A stretch of DNA of 50,185 nt from a virus: the IMG/VR virus record IMGVR_UViG_3300045988_141000, one strand, 5' to 3'. Both the position numbers and the translations under genes were made by a program. Positions 22,980 to 29,588 of the stretch are shown here, in pieces. Below the pieces are notes generated by a model. It was not told where the DNA came from. It searched no databases and was given only the letters and a program-made list of their open reading frames with translations. The stretch's first letter is position 1. Each line of letters begins with the position of its first letter.

Positions 22980-23146
22980 TCTTCGTCCTCCTCGTCGTCA
23001 TCGTTGAGCAAACCAGTCAGAAGGGTGTCGGCGGAGTCGAGCGCACCGATGTACGCGTCGTCGTCGCCCCGGAGGAAGGCCTCTTCGGCCTCCGAGATGT
23101 AGTCCTTGATGTACTCAAGGTTTTCGAGCTTTTCTTTGTCAGTCAT
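22976..23146 (-). CDS. very acidic 56-aa early protein (not in the ORF track, below 60 aa)
   Basis: AAGGAG RBS 5 nt before ATG 23146; MTDKEKLENLEYIKDYISEAEEAFLRGDDDAYIGALDSADTLLTGLLNDDDEEDEE; 21 D/E vs 4 K/R by eye. Confidence 0.6.
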   Translation of the reverse strand: MTDKEKLENLEYIKDYISEAEEAFLRGDDDAYIGALDSADTLLTGLLNDDDEEDEE

Positions 23147-23155
23147 GGCTTCTCC

Positions 23156-23425
23156 TTAGTCCTCGACGTAGTAGCAGCGCTCTTCGTCGTCCCAGAGGAT
23201 GTCGTGGTATTCCTCGTCGTAGTAGTCGCTTCCGACCCATTGCGGGTCTACGTAGACGAACAGATCGTCGTAGATGTGCTCGACGTCCTTTGCGTCGACC
23301 CCGAACTCGTTCGCGACGCAACCGCAGAGTTCGATCCAGTCTTCGTAGCCGCCAGCTTCGACTTCGTCAAACAGGCGTTGTTCGATCTTGTCCTGCTGTG
23401 CGCAGGAGACATTAAGAATCTTCAT
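23156..23425 (-). CDS. very acidic 89-aa protein, first gene of the leftward early operon
   Basis: 26 D/E vs 5 K/R by eye; ends ...YYDEEYHDILWDDEERCYYVED. Confidence 0.6.
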   Translation of the reverse strand: MKILNVSCAQQDKIEQRLFDEVEAGGYEDWIELCGCVANEFGVDAKDVEHIYDDLFVYVDPQWVGSDYYDEEYHDILWDDEERCYYVED

Positions 23426-23733
23426 GGTGTTCTTCCGGTAAGCCGTCCCGCGTGTCGCTCTTTGCGGGTGCCTGCGAGACGGCTGTGATCTTTATGAAAG
23501 TCCATCCAAGCGCTCTCGCGCCAGCCCCCTACGCATTGAACACATGCGCAAGAACGCTTGAATCGACTTTCTGCTGTGCACGGTCCCGCGTTTTCCGCAG
23601 GCAGCCGCTCGGGTCTTCGTGACCTCTGCCTCTCTCGGCTGCACCAGCTACGTCCGCCGCTCCACGTCTCTCAACGTCTGCATCCCCGCGTCCGCGTTTT
23701 CATGTCTGCCCTCCCGATTGTTGTCGGAAAGTT

Positions 23734-23783
23734 GGTGTTGAATGGTTTCTTCCTGTTATGTGCGGGCGAAACCATTCAACACC
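23734..23783. promoter_or_regulatory. 16-bp perfect inverted repeat with 18-nt loop in the early-left leader
   Basis: GGTGTTGAATGGTTTC (23734-23749) / GAAACCATTCAACACC (23768-23783). Confidence 0.6.
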
Positions 23784-23856
23784 GTTGATGTTACACCAAA
23801 ATAAAACCGAAACGGTTGCTGCAGGGTGTTGGCGGGGTGTATAAATTGGGGAGTTG

Positions 23857-23870
23857 TTGATGCGCATCAA
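23857..23870. promoter_or_regulatory. perfect 14-bp palindrome TTGATGCGCATCAA (candidate operator)
   Basis: Self-complementary; lies between the cI terminator and the early-left leader; a related GTATGCGCGGCAA occurs at 24642-24654 in the cI-cro intergenic region. Confidence 0.4.
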
Positions 23871-23888
23871 TGACACTGAAATTAAGAC

Positions 23889-23916
23889 AAAAAAAGCCCG
23901 CCTTGAGTGGCGGGCT
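23889..23916 (-). terminator. rho-independent terminator of the repressor gene
   Basis: AGCCCGCC-N6-GGCGGGCT perfect 8-bp stem followed by T7 on the minus strand. Confidence 0.85.
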
Positions 23917-23943
23917 TGATTTGGTTGTGTTATGGGGTTTGGT

Positions 23944-24603
23944 TTAGTAGGTGTTGAATGATCCGCAAACGACGCCGACGACCTCTAAACCGTGTTGCCT
24001 GGAGTGAAGGATTGGATAGTCTGGGTTCAGCGGCTTCAGATCAAAGAGTTCTCGACCTTGATCGTCGTATCCGGTGACGACGTATTTCTTGAAAGTCGTC
24101 TCTGTGAGAATGCCAGACGTAGAACGTGCGATGACGAAGTCTCCAGGTTTTGGCAGCCTATTGGGGTCGACGAAGAGCAGTTGTCCTTCTTGGAAATTTG
24201 GCGACATGGAGTCGCCTCTTACGCGAAGAGCAAAAGTTTTCTCCGGCAATGTTTCTGGGACGATCGCCCATTCATCGTATTGTTCTTGTCCGTTGTCTGT
24301 AAGCATTCCCGCCTGCACATATGAAAGGATTGGTATGCGCTTGAAACGTATCGTGCTTACTTGGGGGTTGCCGAGTTCTGCGTTTTCCGTGTCAAGTGTT
24401 CCTGGGGGAAGGCCAAGCTTATCTTCAATCTCTCTAGCGATTCGTGCTCCAAAAGACTTCGTTCCTCTGATCATGTCATTGATCTGCTGCGGAGCTTTGC
24501 CAAGTATCTCGGCCAATCGAGACCGCGAGCCATTCAGCTCTGCCAGACGACTCAGGTTTGCAATGCGTATCCGCTTCAGGGTGTCTTTTTCATTCGTACT
24601 CAT
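23944..24603 (-). CDS. cI: CI-type repressor (HTH + LexA/S24 peptidase-like C-terminal domain)
   Basis: ATG 24603 with GGGAGG RBS; N-terminal HTH (SRLAEILGKAPQQINDMIRG); C-terminal FALRVRGDSMSPNF...GDFVIAR S24 pattern. Confidence 0.85.
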   Translation of the reverse strand: MSTNEKDTLKRIRIANLSRLAELNGSRSRLAEILGKAPQQINDMIRGTKSFGARIAREIEDKLGLPPGTLDTENAELGNPQVSTIRFKRIPILSYVQAGMLTDNGQEQYDEWAIVPETLPEKTFALRVRGDSMSPNFQEGQLLFVDPNRLPKPGDFVIARSTSGILTETTFKKYVVTGYDDQGRELFDLKPLNPDYPILHSRQHGLEVVGVVCGSFNTY

Positions 24604-24730
24604 AAGAAGTACCTCCCTTCTGCAATAGTAGTGTGGAAGGTGTATGCGCGGCAACATGTTCGGCAACCAACAAAAGCGGCGAAAATGTTGTATTATGGTT
24701 TAACACCAAAACAACACCGAGAGGTCTGAG
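24604..24730. promoter_or_regulatory. cI-cro divergent control region
   Basis: -10-like TATTAT at 24691-24696; motifs TAACACC/CAACACC (24701-24718) shared with the leader at 23734-23831. Confidence 0.45.
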
Positions 24731-24952
24731 ATGACGCCTCGAGCGCTCGAATATTTCAAATCCCTAAAGCCAATCGAAAAGAAGGCCTTGTGCCAAAAAG
24801 TAGGCATTTCTGTCCGATGGCTTCACAACTGCATGTATGTCCCGTCGAAGAATTTCAGCCCGGAAGTCGCTGAGAAGATCGAGATGGTTTCTTGTCGAAA
24901 AGTGACGCGCGAAGACCTGCGCCCAGATATTGACTGGTCGCTTATTCGCTAA
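24731..24952 (+). CDS. cro: Cro / YdaS-family HTH regulator
   Basis: ALCQKVGISVRWLHNC...VTREDLRPDIDW resembles YdaS/Cro-type proteins; divergent from cI. Confidence 0.65.
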   Translation: MTPRALEYFKSLKPIEKKALCQKVGISVRWLHNCMYVPSKNFSPEVAEKIEMVSCRKVTREDLRPDIDWSLIR

Positions 24953-24961
24953 GGGGACGCC

Positions 24962-25813
24962 ATGAGCTTCAAGGTTTCCGCACTGGCATGGATGGTTCCG
25001 GTTGAGAAGTCAACCGAACGTCTTGTGCTCCTCGCTCTTGCCGACCGGGCCGATGACGAAGGCAAGAACTGCTATCCGTCCGTCGAGACCATTTGCGGCA
25101 TGACGCAGATGAATCGAAAGACGGTATTTGCTGTCATTTCGAGACTTGCGGAACGTGGCGTTTTGTCAGTACGCAAGCGAGAGGTGCACAACTCGAATGA
25201 GTACCTTCTGCACATAGAGGATTGGCCCAAAAACGGAAGTACCGAAAACGGGACGACCCAAAAACGGGACAACCCAAAAACGGTACGTCAGTTGTCCCGA
25301 AAACGGGACGATGGTTGTACCGAAAACGGGACGACAGTAGTACCGAAAACGGGACACGAACCTATCAATGAACCTATCAATGAACCTATCAATAACCAAT
25401 CAATAACCAGTAGAGAAGACACGCCGCCAAAAGCCAGAGCCAAGAAAGGCGAAGCCTGGAAAAAGTGGATCAAGGTCGAAAAACCGGACGAAGTTCCTGA
25501 TGACCTCTGGAAGCAATTCGGAGAGATTCGCGCCCTGAAAAAGCGGGCTTTGACTGAAAGTGCGCTTGAGCTTCTTCGATCCGAAGGGGAGAAGGCTCAC
25601 ATGACGCTGCTTCAGGTCATCGAGCATTGCTGCGCCAATGCCTGGGCAGGCTTCAGAGCCTCCTGGTTGACGAGGACGAGCGGTAGCACCTACCGAAAGC
25701 CTCAGAACGTCACCCAGACGGCTGAATACCGAGAACGACTTCAGGCCTGCTGCCGAGGTGAAGGCAGAACTGAAAAACTCGCCGACGACGGCGTAACGAT
25801 CATCGTGGATTGA
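24962..25813 (+). CDS. replication initiator (lambda O-like role) with N-terminal winged-helix domain
   Basis: ERLVLLALADRADDEGKNCYPSVETICGMTQMNRKTVFAVISRLAERGVLS HTH_36-like; internal iteron array; followed by a DnaC-like loader. Confidence 0.7.
   Translation: MSFKVSALAWMVPVEKSTERLVLLALADRADDEGKNCYPSVETICGMTQMNRKTVFAVISRLAERGVLSVRKREVHNSNEYLLHIEDWPKNGSTENGTTQKRDNPKTVRQLSRKRDDGCTENGTTVVPKTGHEPINEPINEPINNQSITSREDTPPKARAKKGEAWKKWIKVEKPDEVPDDLWKQFGEIRALKKRALTESALELLRSEGEKAHMTLLQVIEHCCANAWAGFRASWLTRTSGSTYRKPQNVTQTAEYRERLQACCRGEGRTEKLADDGVTIIVD
25226..25408 (+). repeat. origin-like iteron array inside the initiator gene
   Basis: Seven copies of CC(G/C)AAAACGG(G/T/A)A(C/G) at 25226, 25242, 25257, 25273, 25297, 25320, 25343, then GAACCTATCAAT x3 (25358-25393) and AACCAATCAATAACC. 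Confidence 0.75.
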
Positions 25814-25823
25814 GGAAAACAAC

Positions 25824-26636
25824 ATGAAAAAAGCAGAAGGCTTGGTCGGCTTGTTGGGCTTTGCCGAGGGGGAAGAGGAGCGGGTATGCCCAGAGCATGG
25901 GCGGTATATCTCGCACCTGACCTACCTGAAGGGAGAGCTCAAGAATGCGAGCGGATGTCCGAAGTGCCGAGCGATCCAGTTGCAGAAGCGGCAGGAAGAC
26001 GAAGAGCGCGAACGAAAGGAACATGAAGAACTTGAAAAGCGCCGCGCGTATGAGCAGACGCTGGACCGAACGGCCATCCCGACCAAATACCGATCCAGGA
26101 CGCTCGCATCCTTCAGAACCGATGGGAACGACCAGAAAGCGAAGGTGCTCAAGATCGCCGAGTCCTACATCACAAAGTTCGACGCGCTTCGCCAGTCCGG
26201 CATAGGAATGGTTTTTATCGGCGAATGCGGGACTGGCAAGACCCATCTGGCGTGTGCGGTGCTTCAGGAACTCTTGAGCAAGTGCGCCGGCATCTACACG
26301 ACGGCACATGAGATGGGGCAGAGGGTTGCCGATTCCTGGGGCTGCCGAGAGACGGGTAAGACGACCGCAGACGTGAAAAGAGCCTACAAAACCTGTCCGC
26401 TGCTTGTCGTCGATGAGGTCGCAAAGGAAGACGCGAAGCCGATCACAAAGGAAGTCCTCTCAGAGGTCTTGTACGCCCGCTACGACACTCAACTTCCGAC
26501 CATCTGGATCACCAACGCCGATCCGGCGCTGCTGAAGACCGCGATAGGAGAGCAGGAGTACGACCGGCTCAAAGAAACATGCAAGTTCATCCGGTTCTCG
26601 TGGCCGAGTATGCGGAAGAACGACATCGATTTTTAA
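25824..26636 (+). CDS. DnaC/IstB-like AAA+ helicase loader with N-terminal zinc ribbon (copy B)
   Basis: CPEHGRY...CPKC, Walker A GECGTGKTHLA, Walker B LLVVDEVA. Confidence 0.8.
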   Translation: MKKAEGLVGLLGFAEGEEERVCPEHGRYISHLTYLKGELKNASGCPKCRAIQLQKRQEDEERERKEHEELEKRRAYEQTLDRTAIPTKYRSRTLASFRTDGNDQKAKVLKIAESYITKFDALRQSGIGMVFIGECGTGKTHLACAVLQELLSKCAGIYTTAHEMGQRVADSWGCRETGKTTADVKRAYKTCPLLVVDEVAKEDAKPITKEVLSEVLYARYDTQLPTIWITNADPALLKTAIGEQEYDRLKETCKFIRFSWPSMRKNDIDF

Positions 26637-26649
26637 CAAAGGAGGAGTC

Positions 26650-26823
26650 ATGAAAGAAAGTGACGAATATCGCCTCGGACGATCTGCCGCATTGCGTGGT
26701 GAGTCGATGGCGAAATACCAGAGCCTCACGGCTCGAATGAATCCCAAAAAGAGAGCAGCCTTCGTGCAGGGCTACTTCGATGGGCAGAAACAAAAGGAAT
26801 TCACATCAAAGAAATCAAAGTGA
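26650..26823 (+). CDS. 57-aa protein, possibly Rmf/CrpP-like (not in the ORF track)
   Basis: AAAGGAGG RBS; MKESDEYRLGRSAALRGESMAKYQSLTARMNPKKRAAFVQGYFDGQ...; family assignment weak. Confidence 0.4.
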   Translation: MKESDEYRLGRSAALRGESMAKYQSLTARMNPKKRAAFVQGYFDGQKQKEFTSKKSK

Positions 26824-27038
26824 GCTGGCAACTTGAGACGGCCTCCGGGGAACCCGTGACGGTCTATCTCTGCCAAAGAACTGGAGAAGGTTTCTCCAGC
26901 CCACTCTTTCGACCAAACGGCGAGATGTTCGTCGGGATCGAGACCGACTCCGGCTTCTGGGTGGCTGAGGCGCCCGTGGACGACACCGAAGTCGAGGAAC
27001 TCAAGGAGATGGCCGCCCGTCAGCTCTGCGAAACATGA
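26820..27038 (+). CDS. hypothetical protein
   Basis: 72-aa ORF, GTG start overlapping the previous stop (GTGA). Confidence 0.4.
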   Translation: MSWQLETASGEPVTVYLCQRTGEGFSSPLFRPNGEMFVGIETDSGFWVAEAPVDDTEVEELKEMAARQLCET

Positions 27039-27057
27039 ACAAAAAGGAATGACAGCA

Positions 27058-27474
27058 ATGAATTTCAAAATTGAAGGACTCCCAAAGGGGAAAGGGAGGC
27101 CGCGCTTTACTCGCAGCGGCCACACGTACACGCCAGACACGACGCGCAAGTATGAAGCGCTCGTGACGGCCAGGGCAAAGGAAGCAATGATCGGCAAGAG
27201 AAAGATCGAAAAGCCGAACGCAGTCCGGGTGGACATCCTCGCCATCTTCCCAGTGCCCTCGTCATGGTCTAAGAAACGCCGCACAGCGGCTCTGCAAGGT
27301 GTCGAGCATCACGTCTCAAAGCCGGACCTTGACAACGTGCAGAAGGCGATTCTTGACGGCATGAACGGGATCGTTTTTGAGGACGACTCGCAGGTGATCG
27401 ACAGCCGGACCAGAAAGGCATACGGACCCGAGCCGGGTGTAAAAGTTTTTATTGACGAGGTGAAGCATGGATGA
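27058..27474 (+). CDS. rusA: RusA-family Holliday junction resolvase
   Basis: GLPKGKGRPRFTRSGHTYTP...KPDLDNVQKAILDGMNGIVFEDDSQV; ATG 27058 has better RBS spacing than 27049. Confidence 0.85.
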   Translation: MNFKIEGLPKGKGRPRFTRSGHTYTPDTTRKYEALVTARAKEAMIGKRKIEKPNAVRVDILAIFPVPSSWSKKRRTAALQGVEHHVSKPDLDNVQKAILDGMNGIVFEDDSQVIDSRTRKAYGPEPGVKVFIDEVKHG

Positions 27475-27691
27475 TGCAGACCGAGCCGCTAGAAGCGATG
27501 AGTGGATCATGCGAGCGGCAATTGAGGAGAGAAAGCCAGAGGGACCGAGACCGATCGTGGTGAGCTTGTGCTTGAACTGCGGGGAAGTGATCGAGAGAGT
27601 GCCTGCAACGGTCGAGGGAGTTCGAAATGTTCGACGTTGGTGTTGTGCCGAATGCCGAGACGAATGGGAAAGGGAGCATGCGAATGGATGA
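27467..27691 (+). CDS. C4 zinc-finger protein (TraR/DksA-like)
   Basis: CLNCGEVIE...CCAECRDEWE. Confidence 0.55.
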   Translation: MDDADRAARSDEWIMRAAIEERKPEGPRPIVVSLCLNCGEVIERVPATVEGVRNVRRWCCAECRDEWEREHANG

Positions 27692-28055
27692 AGCGGAGCG
27701 CCGAATTCTTGAAGCGCGCCTTGAGAACTGGAGTTCATGGGCGCGTGAGGGAAAGCCTCGTGGAAAGAGTTCAATGCTCGGCGTGATGCGAGAGGCCGGC
27801 TATGTGCCAGAGGAAGGCACAAAGGAACGTCCTCGCATTATCGACATCAATGACGCTGTGGAGATCGAGGCGGCATGGAGCGCGATGCTCGATTCAAAAG
27901 AGAAGCGGTTGTTGCAGGAGGCCTATGGGAATCCGAGCCGGCCGCTCTGGATAACCTGTCGTGTGGTAGGCATCCGACCACGCAAGTACGAACAGCATCT
28001 CATGTTGGCAATGCGCATGTTGCACAACGTGCTGTCCCGTGATAGACTTCACTAA
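27678..28055 (+). CDS. putative late-gene regulator (antiterminator Q-like)
   Basis: N-terminal LEARLENWSSWA resembles the LERWGAWA start of Q-type antiterminators; last early gene, followed by a terminator and then packaging genes. Confidence 0.4.
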   Translation: MRMDEAERRILEARLENWSSWAREGKPRGKSSMLGVMREAGYVPEEGTKERPRIIDINDAVEIEAAWSAMLDSKEKRLLQEAYGNPSRPLWITCRVVGIRPRKYEQHLMLAMRMLHNVLSRDRLH

Positions 28056-28142
28056 TCAAATTATGCCGGTGTGTCCGAGCTGGAGGGCGAGTCTTTTAGG
28101 CTCGCTTTGCCATGCCTAGGAAAAACATCAGCAATTCTGGAA

Positions 28143-28181
28143 AGCGGTATCTCCTCCACGGTGATGCCGCTTTTTTGTTTT
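28143..28181 (+). terminator. rho-independent terminator downstream of the Q-like gene
   Basis: GCGGTATC-N11-GATGCCGC (one G-T) followed by TTTTTTGTTTT. Confidence 0.75.
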
Positions 28182-28323
28182 GAAAACAACACCGCGCACG
28201 CCTCTCAACGATGCGCAACCCGCGCGGTTTCCATTCGCTACCTTAGGGCAGTTTGCTCTAGGGGATGTCTGAGGGGCGCCCTGTTTGACCAGGGTGTCCC
28301 TTGGGCTGTTTTAGGAGTGCCAT

Positions 28324-28548
28324 ATGAAGCGTTGGCTCAACTATCTTGATGAGAAGATCATCGACTTTCTGGCACGCCAGTTCATCGCAACCATTCGACG
28401 TCGCAATCGACGCATTGGTATTGAAGATCGTTCCCGATATGAAGGGATTCGATTCTTCAATGTGGGAGGCGGACGCGGCTCTCTGGTTTATGACGTTCGG
28501 TTACCCGACACGGCGAGGCCTTCCGTGCTTGCCGATCAGGTGGCGTAA
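28324..28548 (+). CDS. hypothetical basic protein
   Basis: AGGAG 6 nt before the ATG; 74 aa; 3-prime end overlaps the convergent ORF 28501..28734 by 48 nt. Confidence 0.35.
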   Translation: MKRWLNYLDEKIIDFLARQFIATIRRRNRRIGIEDRSRYEGIRFFNVGGGRGSLVYDVRLPDTARPSVLADQVA

Positions 28549-28734
28549 GGCTTCTGTTGTGGGGTTGTGCTTGTACTCAAGCCATTCCTCAACCGTGACA
28601 CAGTCAATCAGCCATTGGCTGCCGTCGGCCCGGAGAATGAGAACCTCATCTCCTGGTTGACGCTGGACTTCGGTAATGCCGTCTTCATCATGGTTGACGA
28701 CATCGAAGCCGTCTACATAAGCAAATTCATTCAT
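28501..28734 (-). CDS. hypothetical acidic protein
   Basis: ATG 28734 with GGAG RBS gives 77 aa MNEFAYVDGFDVVNHDEDG...; longer track ORF rejected. Confidence 0.4.
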   Translation of the reverse strand: MNEFAYVDGFDVVNHDEDGITEVQRQPGDEVLILRADGSQWLIDCVTVEEWLEYKHNPTTEALRHLIGKHGRPRRVG

Positions 28735-28797
28735 GAGGTCTCCTGGTGGAGTTGATAGGGTCAGAGCTTCAACGATACACCAGGGAGAGCGTGACGC

Positions 28798-28966
28798 CCT
28801 CGGGGGAAACCTCGGGGGCTTTTCTTGTTGGGCGAGCGGCCTTGGGTCCTCCCGGGGCTTTTTGAGGCCTGCGGGTCGGACGAGCCCCGAAAACGGTCTA
28901 GATGCAATTTTCAAAAGGGTGTTCATGAACATTTCACTTTACGCTTTTCGTGAACGGTTTACGCTT
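28798..28966. other. candidate cos / terminase-recognition region
   Basis: Upstream of terS: CCTCGGGGG x2 (28798, 28810), 10-bp palindrome GTTCATGAAC (28921-28930), TTTACGCTT x2 spaced 20 bp (28938, 28958); the terminase is GpA/Nu1-like, which implies cos packaging. Confidence 0.3.
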
Positions 28967-29041
28967 GCCGGTGCCTGCCGGTATTGAAGCGAAAGCGCGA
29001 ACGCGTGAAGATGGAAGTACCAAACAAAATGAGGTGTTGGC

Positions 29042-29584
29042 ATGGCGAACGATGGCGTCAGCATGCGAGAGTTTGCGCGCCAGGTCGGACGTAGTGCCGC
29101 ATACGTAAGCGGGAAGTGCAAGACTGGCGAGCTGCCTCTCGTCGACGGAAAGATTCCGTTGAAAGAAGGTATTAAAGCCTTCAAGGCTCTGGTCAAGTCT
29201 GAAGAACAAAAAAAGGCGAGCCGCCGCACGTCGAGAAAGACTGCGGACGTGTTCATGGGCGACGACGATGACGACAAGCAGATCGCTTCTGCGATGAATC
29301 TCAATGAGGCGTTCAACAAGGCGCGCGTCGCCAAAGAGGTCGCAACCGCAAAAATCAAGGACCTCGAATACAAGAAGCTCAAGGGCGAGTACGTAGCGGT
29401 TGCCGATGTTGAGGCGGACGCGAGAGAGGCGGCAGCAATGCTCCGAAACTTCGCGATCTCCGCGCCGACACGTTATTCCGCGCTGCTTGAAAATCGGACG
29501 CAGCGCGAAGCTGAAGAAGTCCTTGAAGACATCTTCCGCGACCTTCTGAAAACAATCAACGACTCGCGCTTCGCAAAGGAGTGA
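29042..29584 (+). CDS. terS: terminase small subunit
   Basis: N-terminal HTH (MREFARQVGRSAAYVSGKCKTGELP), coiled-coil centre; immediately upstream of terL. Confidence 0.7.
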   Translation: MANDGVSMREFARQVGRSAAYVSGKCKTGELPLVDGKIPLKEGIKAFKALVKSEEQKKASRRTSRKTADVFMGDDDDDKQIASAMNLNEAFNKARVAKEVATAKIKDLEYKKLKGEYVAVADVEADAREAAAMLRNFAISAPTRYSALLENRTQREAEEVLEDIFRDLLKTINDSRFAKE

Positions 29585-29588
29585 TGAC

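Noticed and set aside
23558-23788. 76-aa + strand ORF in the early-left leader.
   Set aside because: It has no RBS and a Pro/Arg/Ser/Leu-rich low-complexity translation, and it runs through the 16-bp inverted repeat. It is more likely non-coding.
25226-25408. CRISPR-like array (regularly spaced repeats). The same question was asked of 15830-16104.
   Set aside because: The repeat units are only 9-14 bp with 2-10 bp gaps. The 25226-25408 array lies inside a coding gene and the 15830-16104 repeats lie next to an integrase. There are no cas genes. Iterons and arm sites explain them better.
28066-28125. Possible tRNA: GTGTGTCCGAGCTGGAGGGCGAG resembles a class II tRNA D-arm.
   Set aside because: I could not fold a cloverleaf. 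There is no T-loop (GTTCGAATC-like) or matching acceptor stem; only a short GCGAG/CTCGC hairpin is present.
28071-28349. 92-aa + strand ORF after the Q-like gene.
   Set aside because: It spans the rho-independent terminator at 28143-28181, has no RBS, and its end overlaps a better-supported start at 28324.
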